A stretch of DNA of 64,000 nt, taken from assembly GCA_902590435.1 (NCBI GenBank), contig CACIWU010000001.1, forward strand, positions 26,921 through 90,920. Reading direction: 5' to 3'. Shown here in pieces: positions 28,527 through 38,760 of the stretch. The notes under the pieces are model-generated. The model was not told the DNA's origin. It did no database searches and saw only the letters and a program-made list of their open reading frames with translations. Origin of the DNA: an uncultured SAR324 cluster bacterium (GTDB lineage: Bacteria > SAR324 > NAC60-12). The translations under genes and the position numbers were made by a program. The number at the start of each line of letters is the position of its first letter. The stretch's first letter is position 1.

Positions 28527-28559
28527 CTTAATTTAGGGACTGAATCTCCCTTTAATCTC

Positions 28560-30329
28560 TTAATAAATTTTTCCACTTGTTTCGTCTCTAAATTGTATCT
28601 CATATAATTTCTGGTAACGCCCTCCCTTCAACAGCAATTCCTCGTGAGAACCTTCTTCTACGATTTGTCCATCCTCCATTACACATATTCTATCCGCATT
28701 TCTAATTGTTGATAGTCTATGAGCAATCACGATTGTTGTACGATTTTCCATTAAATGTTCTATCGCCTGCTGTACTTCAATTTCTGACTCAGAGTCCAAA
28801 GCAGAAGTGGCTTCATCCAGAATAAGAATAGGGGCATCTTTTACTAATGCCCTAGCAATCGAGAGTCTTTGCCTTTGCCCACCTGATAGTCTAGTCCCTT
28901 TTTCACCTATTACAGTTTGGTATCCATTGGGTTGTTCTGAAATAAATAAATGCGCATTAGCGGCCCTTGCCGCTGCATACATACGTTCTTTTGAACATTC
29001 AGGCTGACCGTAAGTTATATTACTTGCGATAGTATCATTAAAAAGGATTGTATCTTGGGTAACTATGGCAATTAATTTTCGAAGAGAGATTAAATCTAAG
29101 TCTCGTAAATCATGTCCGTCAATTTTAATTTCTCCTCTTGTTACATCATAAAAACGTGGAATCAAATTTGCTACAGTAGTTTTACCCGCACCGCTACTGC
29201 CTACCAAAGCAACTGCCTCTCCTTTTTGTACAATTAGTCTAAAATCATTAACAGAAGGTTCATCTTTTTCAGGATAGTGAAAAGCCTTAACATTTAAATT
29301 TATTTCTCTATTAAAGCTCATTAATTTTTCAGCATTAGGTGAATTAACAATATCGTCTTTGACATCAAGTATGTCAAAAATCCTCCTCACTGCTGCCAAA
29401 CCTTCCTGTAACTTTAAGTTAAATCCATTTAATTTTTTTACTGGCTCATTCAACATAAAAAAACTAATTAAAAAAGAGGTGAAATCACCAGGGGTAATCT
29501 GATCATTTATTATTAGATAACCACCGAAAGCTACAATAGTAGCTCCTGCTGCAGCACCTATAATTTCAATTATTGGATATGAATAAGAATCAATCATTAT
29601 AGAGCGCATGTGATTATTGTAGAGGTCGTTATTAGATTCACTAAAACGCTTACTTTCATATTTTTCCATTCCGAAGGCTTTAACAACTCGAATCCCAGAA
29701 ATTGTTTCCACTAGTAAACTACTTAGGCCTCCAAAACTAATCTGTCTTTTGCTTACTGCTATTTTATTTCGACGACCAAAAATTTGTATAAAAAATACTG
29801 CAACAGGAATAATAACCATGGTCACTATTGCAAGCTCCCAACTACGAAAAAACATTATCCCAATTAAAATAAAAAATTGCGGAATATCACGAAAAGGCCC
29901 CGTAACACCTATTTGCAACATATTTTGGAAAACATGTAAATCGTTAGTAAATCTTGAAATAAGATCACCAGTTTTTGATCGTGCAAAAAATGTAAGTGAA
30001 AGATTTACTAGATGATCAAAAAGATTTTGCCTTAGTTTTACAATAAGACTTTGGATCAGATGACCTACGCTAAAATTATGGCCAAAAAAAAACAATCCCT
30101 TAATCGCGAAGACAATTATCATTCCAAGTCCCACTAAAAAATACTGCTCAAGCTCCGGTTTATCTCCATAAACAATAGCATCCACTATATCTTTAGCATA
30201 GTATGCTGGAGCGGCTGTAAAAATGTTATAACCACCCATGCAAAATATACTGAAAATCACCCATGTCTTGAGAGGCGCAATAAGACTAAAAATACGCAAT
30301 AAAATATTTTTTGATTTTTCCTTCGTCAT
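28560..30329 (-). CDS. msbA: ABC transporter permease/ATPase, MsbA-like lipid exporter
   Basis: 6-TM N-domain plus NBD with Walker A GSSGAGKTT, signature LSGGQRQRLSIARAL, Walker B ILILDEATSALD. Confidence 0.8.
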   Translation of the reverse strand: MTKEKSKNILLRIFSLIAPLKTWVIFSIFCMGGYNIFTAAPAYYAKDIVDAIVYGDKPELEQYFLVGLGMIIVFAIKGLFFFGHNFSVGHLIQSLIVKLRQNLFDHLVNLSLTFFARSKTGDLISRFTNDLHVFQNMLQIGVTGPFRDIPQFFILIGIMFFRSWELAIVTMVIIPVAVFFIQIFGRRNKIAVSKRQISFGGLSSLLVETISGIRVVKAFGMEKYESKRFSESNNDLYNNHMRSIMIDSYSYPIIEIIGAAAGATIVAFGGYLIINDQITPGDFTSFLISFFMLNEPVKKLNGFNLKLQEGLAAVRRIFDILDVKDDIVNSPNAEKLMSFNREINLNVKAFHYPEKDEPSVNDFRLIVQKGEAVALVGSSGAGKTTVANLIPRFYDVTRGEIKIDGHDLRDLDLISLRKLIAIVTQDTILFNDTIASNITYGQPECSKERMYAAARAANAHLFISEQPNGYQTVIGEKGTRLSGGQRQRLSIARALVKDAPILILDEATSALDSESEIEVQQAIEHLMENRTTIVIAHRLSTIRNADRICVMEDGQIVEEGSHEELLLKGGRYQKLYEIQFRDETSGKIY

Positions 30330-30355
30330 TTAAAAACATCTTTGTATTAATTTAC

Positions 30356-31798
30356 TTAATTTTTGTTTTTCTTCTCCCATCCAGTTCCTTCATGAGAGTC
30401 TTTGAATACTATGCCGATATCGTCTAAGCGATCTCTAATTAAATCTGCATTTTCATAATCTTTTCTATTCCGTAAATTAGTTCTTAGTTCTACAAAAATG
30501 TCCAATACACCTTTCAAGTTTAAGTCCACCTGCTCTTTTTCTATCGACTCCGGGATTATGCCAAGAACATCTCCTCCCAGAGAAGAAAATAAACATTCTG
30601 CATCAGCAATTGCTTCTTGATCTGGATCTCTTTTTGACAATAAATTATTTACTTCATGACTTAACTCAAATAGTACTGCAAAAGCTTTTGGTGTAGAAAA
30701 ATCATCATCCATCGCATGACAAAAACGCTTCTTATATTCTACGAAATATTTTCCTTTAGATTTAATTTTACTTTGTTTATTATCACGAAGTTTCTTAACC
30801 GTTTGCTTTAGTCTATTCAATGAATTGTTTGCATCACCAAGTGCTCTCTCACTAAAATCTACTACAGAACGATAATGACTCGCAGCAATGAAATAGCGTA
30901 TAATCAATGGATCAAATTTTTTAAATAAATCAAAAAGAGTTATAAAATTTCCAGTTGATTTACTCATTTTTTGACCCCCAACTGTAAGTATATTTGTATG
31001 TATCCAATTTCGCGCAAATGGTTTCTCAAGTCCTCTAGCTTGAGCTATTTCACACTCATGATGTGGAAATTTTAAATCCATACCTCCTCCATGAATATCA
31101 AATTCTTTCCCCAAGTAACGAGTGCTCATTACAACACATTCGGTATGCCATCCAGGATAACCCCAGCCACTAAATGGATCTCTCCATCTCATTAAATGAC
31201 CTTTTTCTGCTTTTTTCCAAAGAGCAAAATCTCCCGGGTGGCGTTTTTCTGAACGAACTTTCACTCTAGCTCCGCCTTGCATTTCTTCAATTATTCTGTT
31301 TGAAAGCTCTCCATACTTAGGGTCTTTGCTAATTTCAAAATAAACTGAACCATTTGATTCATAGGCTAGGCCCTTTTTTAGTAAAATTTCTATAGCCTCT
31401 AGCTGTTCTGGAATATGTCCTGTAGCTCTAGGACTAATATCAGGTCGAATTACACCTAAACAATCCATAACCTCAAAATGTCTTCGTGTAAAATTTTCTG
31501 CAACTACCATTGGTTCCTGGTCTAATTCCCTGGCTTGCTTAAGCATCCTATCTTCCCCATCATTGTCTTCACCCAACAAATGTCCTACATCGGTAATGTT
31601 CTGCACATAAAAAGTTTTATAACCACGATAACGAAGATAACGAAGAATAACATCAAAACTAACATATGCTTTAGCATGCCCTAGATGACTATCACTATAA
31701 ACAGTAGGTCCACAAACATACATAGAGGCTTGACCTTCTTGAACCGACATAAATGGCTCTTTTTTGCCGGAATAAGAGTTATAAATTTGAAGGGGCAT
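30356..31798 (-). CDS. cysS: cysteine--tRNA ligase
   Basis: HIGH-type motif region CGPTVYSDSHLGHA, zinc-binding Cys, KMSKS (KMSKSTGN). Confidence 0.9.
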   Translation of the reverse strand: MPLQIYNSYSGKKEPFMSVQEGQASMYVCGPTVYSDSHLGHAKAYVSFDVILRYLRYRGYKTFYVQNITDVGHLLGEDNDGEDRMLKQARELDQEPMVVAENFTRRHFEVMDCLGVIRPDISPRATGHIPEQLEAIEILLKKGLAYESNGSVYFEISKDPKYGELSNRIIEEMQGGARVKVRSEKRHPGDFALWKKAEKGHLMRWRDPFSGWGYPGWHTECVVMSTRYLGKEFDIHGGGMDLKFPHHECEIAQARGLEKPFARNWIHTNILTVGGQKMSKSTGNFITLFDLFKKFDPLIIRYFIAASHYRSVVDFSERALGDANNSLNRLKQTVKKLRDNKQSKIKSKGKYFVEYKKRFCHAMDDDFSTPKAFAVLFELSHEVNNLLSKRDPDQEAIADAECLFSSLGGDVLGIIPESIEKEQVDLNLKGVLDIFVELRTNLRNRKDYENADLIRDRLDDIGIVFKDSHEGTGWEKKNKN

Positions 31799-31807
31799 AT
31801 TTCCTGA

Positions 31808-33373
31808 TCAATCACTCAAATTCCAAATCGCGAATTTTGACAATCCAGAATTTTGGGTTTCATCTTGAGCAAAGCGAGGTTCACGAGATTTTACTAGTTC
31901 AATATAATGATTGATGCTAACTTCAATACGCTCGAAGAATGGTTGAGGATAAACTCCTAAGAAAATTGACCAAAAGACCAGCGGAACTAGTACAACTATC
32001 TCACGAATTGATAAATCACTAAGACCTTTCACGAGATCTTTCTTTAACGGGCCAAAAAGAACACGTTGTACCATCCAAAGCATATAGATTGCAGCAATGA
32101 CTACTCCTACAGCTGCGACAATTCCATACCAAATATTGATCCTAGCAGCTCCAATCATAGCCAGTATTTCTCCAACAAAACCATTTAATCCCGGCAAACC
32201 AACAGAAGCCATCGAAAAGAAAACTAAAAAAACTGCAAATTTAGGCATAGTATGAATTACACCTCCATACTCAGAAATTTTCTGGGTGTGAGTTCTCTCG
32301 TAAATCATACCAACAGTCAAGAAAAGTGCTCCTGTTACAATCGCATGGTTTATCATTTGGATCCAACTCCCTGAAAGACCTTGAATATTAAGAGCAAATA
32401 ATCCTAATACGATATAACCCATATGTGCAACAGAAGAATACGCAATCAAACGCTTAATTTGAGTTTGTACCATAGCAACCATACCACCATAAATTATTCC
32501 TATCAAAGCTAGCACCATAAAAAAAGGAGCTAACTCATAAACGGCAAATGGAAATACAGGCATAGCAAATCTTAAAAAACCATATGGACCAAATTTCAAC
32601 ATTACAGCTGCAAGTTGTACTGATCCAGCTGTTGGAGCTTCATAGTGTGCATCAGGGAGCCAAGTATGCAGTGGGAAAAGTGGAATTTTTACTGCAAAAG
32701 CTACTGCAAATCCTATAAAAAGCCATAACTGTGTTTCAGAAGGAATTGCCATTCCATACCAGTCCATTATATTGAAAGACCAGTCCCCGTGTAAATCCTT
32801 GTATATGTTTGCAGTATAAATTAAGGACACTAACATCAACAAAGATCCTAACATTGTATATATAAAAAATTTGATGGTTGCATAGAGCCTGTTTGTACCC
32901 CCCCAAATTCCAATCAATAAATACATAGGAACTAACATAATCTCAAAAAACACGTAAAAAAGGACAACATCCAATGCCGCAAAACAACCGAGCATACCTA
33001 TTTGAAGCAATAACATTTGTATTTGGAATTGCCAATTCCGATTTTTTAGATTCCAAGAACCTAAAAGAGTTAAAGGGGTAATGAAGCTAATAAGTAGAAA
33101 AAAGAAAAGATTAAGTCCATCCAACCCTATGAAAAATTCTATGTTAAATTTAGAAATCCAAGTGTGACGCTCTACCATTTGTAAGTTCTCACTACTTTTA
33201 TCAAAATTCACCCAGAGATTAAGACTTAGCAAAAAAGTAGCAATACTACTCAATATTGCAACTACTTTGGATGGGGCGCCATCTCCTTCATCCCGAAATA
33301 ATAATATAAAAATAATACCTATAGCGGGCGAAAATATAATAAACGATAGAATAGGTAATCCCAAAATATCCAT
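31808..33373 (-). CDS. nuoM: NADH-quinone oxidoreductase subunit M (complex I antiporter-like subunit)
   Basis: 521 aa. Near-identical conserved blocks to NuoM: FEIMLVPMYLLIGIWG, FAVKIPLFPLHTWLPDAHYEAPTAGSV, KRLIAYSSVAHMG, C-terminal GVYPQP. Confidence 0.85.
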   Translation of the reverse strand: MDILGLPILSFIIFSPAIGIIFILLFRDEGDGAPSKVVAILSSIATFLLSLNLWVNFDKSSENLQMVERHTWISKFNIEFFIGLDGLNLFFFLLISFITPLTLLGSWNLKNRNWQFQIQMLLLQIGMLGCFAALDVVLFYVFFEIMLVPMYLLIGIWGGTNRLYATIKFFIYTMLGSLLMLVSLIYTANIYKDLHGDWSFNIMDWYGMAIPSETQLWLFIGFAVAFAVKIPLFPLHTWLPDAHYEAPTAGSVQLAAVMLKFGPYGFLRFAMPVFPFAVYELAPFFMVLALIGIIYGGMVAMVQTQIKRLIAYSSVAHMGYIVLGLFALNIQGLSGSWIQMINHAIVTGALFLTVGMIYERTHTQKISEYGGVIHTMPKFAVFLVFFSMASVGLPGLNGFVGEILAMIGAARINIWYGIVAAVGVVIAAIYMLWMVQRVLFGPLKKDLVKGLSDLSIREIVVLVPLVFWSIFLGVYPQPFFERIEVSINHYIELVKSREPRFAQDETQNSGLSKFAIWNLSD

Positions 33374-33572
33374 TAGATTTGGTCGGCAATGATTGAAGTG
33401 AAGAAGTTAAAAATCAGCAAGAAATATATTATTGATATAAAATTGTCCTCATTATTTCTAGTGTAACTTATTATATTGATGAAACAAATTAAACTACATA
33501 TAAACCTAAGAGAATTAGATATTTAAAGCAAGATCAATTTGAGTAGTTAAAATTTTTCTTTAGATTAAAAAA

Positions 33573-34874
33573 TTAAATTTCAACACCCATACGAGGTAAC
33601 AATGGCTTAACTAAATCTCCAATTGTTATATTATTATTAAAATCCCAATTCAAACCTAAAATAAGATCCAGTGGGAAAATCGTTTGTGCTGATTCGTCTT
33701 GGCATAGACCGCTTGTAAAAGCACTTACATTAACTGAATGAACTACTTCTTTATCAAGTAAATCACTCTTTAACCATCTTCTTTTAAAATCCGAAAGATA
33801 TTCAACTTGTTCAAAACTACCAAAACAAATCATCCCATTTAAAAAACTTAAAGTTGTAAAAACTAAAAATAAACTAGGACACAACCTTCCTTTTTCAAGT
33901 TCTCTAATAATTTCTTCCAACGAAAGTTCAAGTTTGTAGTTCTGACTAATTAACAATCCATTTTTTAAGATAACTGATTGTTGTCGAACTTTTTTTTTAT
34001 AGATGCCTTCTATTGAGAAGAAAGGTAATTCTGCAGGGAAAAAACCTAAAATTTTTTCTCTAATTTTTGAATTAAAAAAAATGGTATGTAATGGATGATC
34101 TGATTTTTTCAAAACTTTTATCAAATAATTACGCACAACTTCATTAATATCAAAATAAAAAATTGATTTATCTTTAATAATATAACGCAATTGATTTTCA
34201 CAAAACCGGGTAGCCCAAATCGAAAAATCATCTCCCTTTTTTGCTTGAGGTGTTAATTCGCGAATTGGATCCGCAAAATATGGGATTTGATCAACAAGCC
34301 TATCGGGAATCTTACTTTGAAAAACAAGATTATTCTTCATATTTCCCGGTATTAATGAAATTCTGCGTTCGGAAGAATCTCTTAAACGATCAAAATCAGA
34401 TCTTTTTAAATCTGAAAATCCTTTATATTCTCTTGAAATAACATCCGCCAATTCAAAACGGTTACTATAATTCAAACAACCTGACCAAGCAGAATTTGTA
34501 AAAGAAACGCCGGAATAAGTACCAACAAAATAAGTTTCCTTGGGAGGCATTCCCAACAATGATAAATGATGTAAAGCTAAAAAAGTTGGTCCTTCAGATA
34601 CAGTTAAGTGAGTCGCTGTCTGAATTACTCGTGTTTCCTCTAATCTATTTAAAAATATTTTTGCTTCATACAAACCAATACCAACCCTTAAAAACTCTTT
34701 TTCAAAAGCCTCTCTCAATGCATTCTCCATGGGAGGTTTATTTGAAGTTTTTTGCCAGAGAATATTTGAATATTCAGAAACTGGTAAATCCCATGCTTTT
34801 TCTAATATACTTGCTAGAATAGGTCTTTTGGCTTTATAAAGTAAATCTTTAATATTATTTTTGTCAGACATCAT
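33573..34874 (-). CDS. hypothetical 433-aa soluble protein upstream of nuoM
   Basis: Long ORF, no TM, no recognised family. Same strand, 200-nt gap to nuoM. Confidence 0.5.
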   Translation of the reverse strand: MMSDKNNIKDLLYKAKRPILASILEKAWDLPVSEYSNILWQKTSNKPPMENALREAFEKEFLRVGIGLYEAKIFLNRLEETRVIQTATHLTVSEGPTFLALHHLSLLGMPPKETYFVGTYSGVSFTNSAWSGCLNYSNRFELADVISREYKGFSDLKRSDFDRLRDSSERRISLIPGNMKNNLVFQSKIPDRLVDQIPYFADPIRELTPQAKKGDDFSIWATRFCENQLRYIIKDKSIFYFDINEVVRNYLIKVLKKSDHPLHTIFFNSKIREKILGFFPAELPFFSIEGIYKKKVRQQSVILKNGLLISQNYKLELSLEEIIRELEKGRLCPSLFLVFTTLSFLNGMICFGSFEQVEYLSDFKRRWLKSDLLDKEVVHSVNVSAFTSGLCQDESAQTIFPLDLILGLNWDFNNNITIGDLVKPLLPRMGVEI

Positions 34875-34947
34875 GCTTCAAAACTTGTATTTTTTTTAAA
34901 AAGTAAATAGTCTCTATTTTTTATTATAATTTAATTTTTTTTAAAAT

Positions 34948-35394
34948 TTGAAATTTAAACCTCTTTTAAAAATTTGTTTCCATTACGAAAATATGCCTCT
35001 CCCCAAAAGGGGACATGAAACAGATGCTGGCATAGACCTAACAGTTATGGCTGTAGATCAAAAATCAAAAAACATTTTCTTTTTTGACACAGGTATTTCC
35101 ATACAGCTTAGCCCAGGATACTATGCTGAAATAGTTCCTCGTTCAAGTATTACTAAAACTGATTTTTTTTTGGCAAATAGTGTTGGCATTATTGATCCAG
35201 ATTATAGAGGACGTATCTTCATGCCTTTTCGATACATCGGGAACTCTAACAGCGTTGAAGCCGCAGAAAAATTGATTCATAAGAGAATTGGACAATTGAT
35301 AATTCGTAAACTCGAAAGTTGTCGTATCAAAATAGTCAAATCACTTGATGACACTGAACGTGGGATAAATGGGTTCGGTAGTACCGGGAAATGA
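34948..35394 (+). CDS. dut: dUTP diphosphatase
   Basis: 148 aa. dUTPase motifs DAGIDL, RSSITK, GIIDPDYRG, C-terminal Gly-rich GFGSTG. Confidence 0.75.
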   Translation: MKFKPLLKICFHYENMPLPKRGHETDAGIDLTVMAVDQKSKNIFFFDTGISIQLSPGYYAEIVPRSSITKTDFFLANSVGIIDPDYRGRIFMPFRYIGNSNSVEAAEKLIHKRIGQLIIRKLESCRIKIVKSLDDTERGINGFGSTGK

Positions 35395-35408
35395 ATCAAA
35401 AGAATAAC

Positions 35409-36248
35409 TTAATTTGGAGATTTTGAAATCTCCTCTACTTTGATATTCATCACTGACCAATTTTTTGAATTACTTTGTAACTTTAAAGACACTATTACCA
35501 CCTTGCCTAATCCCTCGTCTCCAACACGTACACGAACAATTGAATTTTCAATTTGATTATCTCTTAAATCTAAATGCATTTCCGGTTCCTCAAGAATCGG
35601 ATATTCCTCTAATATTGTTATTAATTCATCGTGATTTCTAATTGCTTCTTCAGCTTTCTGATAAGCTGCTGATTTCTCAATACTATAACGTTGAAACAAA
35701 ATAGCTATTGAAAAAAATCCAAATATAATAATATTTCCAAGGAAAATACGTAGAATAGGTCTCAAAGGATACTTTTTATCAATAACTACCGTACCATGCC
35801 ATTTGTCTGCAAATCTTCTTGCATAGTCATCTCTTAAAAGAATTATACCTTCCAGAGGCAATATTAGCAGGAAAATATTTCTACTTAGAAGAACAAAAAT
35901 AGATGGTGATTCTGATAAATCATTAATAGCGCTAATTTTCATACCTAAAAGAAATTTTCCTGGGCTATTACCTAAAATATCTTTAAAAATTAACATTAAT
36001 AGGACGCTGCTATAAAAAGGAATTAATTCTTGAAAGTCACGAGATTGCGTCACCAAATCCCAATGTTCTTTTTTAGTAATTTCCGAAATAGTATTGACAA
36101 AAAGTAAAGCAATAATAAAATCTAACAACAATGAAAACAAGCGTTTCCCTTTCGAAGAAACTTTTATACGTTTGTCATCATTATTCCCAGATTTTTTTTT
36201 ATTTTCATCTTTAAAGTTAGAATTCATTTTTAATATATTTATTAACAA
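35409..36248 (-). CDS. RDD-family membrane protein
   Basis: Basic N-terminus then RLFSLLLDFIIALLF TM. Later R..D..D-containing segment. 3 TM helices. Confidence 0.5.
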   Translation of the reverse strand: MLINILKMNSNFKDENKKKSGNNDDKRIKVSSKGKRLFSLLLDFIIALLFVNTISEITKKEHWDLVTQSRDFQELIPFYSSVLLMLIFKDILGNSPGKFLLGMKISAINDLSESPSIFVLLSRNIFLLILPLEGIILLRDDYARRFADKWHGTVVIDKKYPLRPILRIFLGNIIIFGFFSIAILFQRYSIEKSAAYQKAEEAIRNHDELITILEEYPILEEPEMHLDLRDNQIENSIVRVRVGDEGLGKVVIVSLKLQSNSKNWSVMNIKVEEISKSPN

Positions 36249-37131
36249 ACTCTCTAATTACCGCTGCAACTGTTTCTGGATTATCAAGATGTAAATGATG
36301 ATCACCATTAATTATACTATGGTGAAAATTTTTAATATAAGGAATTCTTTTTCTATATGATTCTTTCCAAAAGTCTTTTTTTCTTGATTCGGCATCAATA
36401 AGTAATACAGGAGCTTTTATTCTCTGTAAAAAAGCAAGAGATTGTTCTTCAGTAAAGTAATATCTTGACTTCGATTTTAATCGGGGATCACTATTCCATG
36501 AAAACCCTCCTACTACGGGTTTGATCCCTCTAGCAACTAGAGTTTTAACTGAAGACTCTGAAATGGATCCTACAGAATGTCGAACTTTAACTGCTGTTTC
36601 AAAGTCAGGATAAACAGGAAGTTTTTTATCTGACAGTTTCATCCATTCTCTAGATGCTTCAAATAATGTCTCCGGTGAAGTCTCAGCTTTTTGAGTAATA
36701 GAACCTAGTCCATCAATCAAAATTACTGAATCAATCTTATCTGGAACTGTGCCCGCAAGATAGGATGCAATCCCTGCTCCCATTGAATGGCCGATCAAAG
36801 AAAAACGATCCCAATCTAAACAATTTAACACTTCAAGAGCATCCACGATCATATCAATAAAATGGTATGATGAGCCAGGAGGCCTGTGATCCGAAAAACC
36901 ATGACCAGGCAAATCGAGTGACACAAGAAGAAATTCTTCAAGTAATGGGGCTAAATGATCAAATGTTGCAGCATTATCTAACCAACCATGAAATCCCAAC
37001 AAAGGCATCCCTTCTGGATTGCCCCAACACTTAGCTGCTAAATTTAGATAAGAAATTTTTATTCTTATTTCTTTATAACCACTTAAATTAAGACTATTTT
37101 TTTTTATTGAGCTGGTCATAACAAAACACAT
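36217..37131 (-). CDS. alpha/beta-fold hydrolase
   Basis: HGWLDNAATF oxyanion region, nucleophile elbow GHSMGAG, C-terminal His. Confidence 0.7.
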   Translation of the reverse strand: MCFVMTSSIKKNSLNLSGYKEIRIKISYLNLAAKCWGNPEGMPLLGFHGWLDNAATFDHLAPLLEEFLLVSLDLPGHGFSDHRPPGSSYHFIDMIVDALEVLNCLDWDRFSLIGHSMGAGIASYLAGTVPDKIDSVILIDGLGSITQKAETSPETLFEASREWMKLSDKKLPVYPDFETAVKVRHSVGSISESSVKTLVARGIKPVVGGFSWNSDPRLKSKSRYYFTEEQSLAFLQRIKAPVLLIDAESRKKDFWKESYRKRIPYIKNFHHSIINGDHHLHLDNPETVAAVIREFVNKYIKNEF

Positions 37132-38151
37132 TTCTTTAAAAAAAATCTCACTGCTTGTTGTAAATTAAAGGGTTATTCATATATTAGGCAAATGTCCGCA
37201 ATTTTTTTAAACTCAAAATACTTGAATTTGGAAAATATTCTCTTATCTGTATATGATTTTTAACTAATATATTTTCATAATTTTATCTTAGAATAAATTT
37301 AGTAGTCCCTAAAAAATATTTTCTTGGTTAGGAATTTTTTATAATTCAAATATATTTCTTTCTATTTCTTCTATCCCAATCCTCCCTTTAAAAACCCTTT
37401 AAGACTTTTTAAATTTGTCATAAGAAAGAAAAGAGTTCGTTTATCATGAATTTTTTGTCATATTTTTTCCTAAATTTCTGCACGAGACATTTAGGAATTG
37501 CACTTTATTCCCTTCAAATACATTTTAATTTCACGAAACTCTTTAAAAAAAGTATATTCAACCAGAGCAATATAAACTACAATCAATGCTAAAACACTTT
37601 TGTGATTATTTAATGAAATATTCATAGCAGTTTTAAAACCCATACTGTAGCCTAAGGCGATCATTTTTTTATGCTATTCTTCTCCAAAAAGTGTATTCCG
37701 TCTTCAGACATTTTATTATAATTCATTTTAGCTTAATGAATATATCTCCCATGATTAAAGATTTATAAAGTGCAAGCCTGGAAATTATTTTTAAATAATG
37801 ACGCAAAAAAATACAAATTATTCCCTGAACCAAATAGTTCATGAAGTAAGACAATATTAATACACTTATCGCTAAATTTTCTATAATGCAAAAAAAGTTT
37901 TTTGTGGTGTTGAAAAATTTTGCTTGGTTAACAAATTCATTTCCATTTTTTGAATTTGTAACAATATGGTAAAGTTAAATAAATATCTCACCATAATTCA
38001 AAAAATTGCTCAATTCAATGAATACTTAACATTACATTAAATTGGAATGGAATATTTTAAAAAACTTCACCACCCATTCTAAATTAGATATAATAACATT
38101 AGGACAACTTAACGTTTTAATTTAAAATGACAATTCGCTAAATAAAATTAA

Positions 38152-38682
38152 ATGGATAAATTAAAACCTGAAATATATGTAAAACTTATAATAGGAGCTA
38201 TATACTCTGATGTTCAATTTTTGGAATCCGCAAAAAGGCAAATGGCTAATCTTAATCTTTTCATAAAAAATCAGTCCAAAGAATTCCCCTTCGACTTGAC
38301 TGAATACTATAAATCAGAAATGGGACCTAATTTGAAAAGATGTTTTTTAAGTGCAGAAGGAATCCAAAAAATCGAAACCTGTTTTAAGTGGAAGATAAAA
38401 TTGGTAAAAATTGAAAATAATTTAAGAGAATCTGGCAAAAGAAGAATCAATCTTGACCCAGGTTATATTGATTTACAGAGTGTAGTTTTGTTTTCAAGTA
38501 AAAAAGGCCCTCAAAAAATATATATTCGTAGAGGTGTTTGGGGTGATCTTATTTTACTAAAAGTAAAAAATCGTTTCCAAAACTTACCTTGGACTTTTCC
38601 AGATATTCGTAAAGGACGTTATAATAGTTTTTTCTTGGAAGCAGTTAAAGAATTTAAGGAAGAAAAAATTTTACAATGCTAA
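38152..38682 (+). CDS. conserved hypothetical protein preceding miaA
   Basis: 176 aa, coding-like. 78-nt gap to miaA on same strand. Confidence 0.5.
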   Translation: MDKLKPEIYVKLIIGAIYSDVQFLESAKRQMANLNLFIKNQSKEFPFDLTEYYKSEMGPNLKRCFLSAEGIQKIETCFKWKIKLVKIENNLRESGKRRINLDPGYIDLQSVVLFSSKKGPQKIYIRRGVWGDLILLKVKNRFQNLPWTFPDIRKGRYNSFFLEAVKEFKEEKILQC

Positions 38683-38760
38683 AATTTTTTATATAATCAA
38701 TATTTTATTTAAAATTTTTTTACCAAAATTTTAGATATTGTTTGTTACAATGAAAGCGAA

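Noticed and set aside
37132-38151. tmRNA, RNase P RNA, SRP RNA or 6S RNA in the 1-kb gap
   Set aside because: No G+C-rich helices, no T-arm-like GTTCGA motif, no tag-peptide reading frame followed by CCA. The region is uniformly AT-rich, which is atypical for those structured RNAs.
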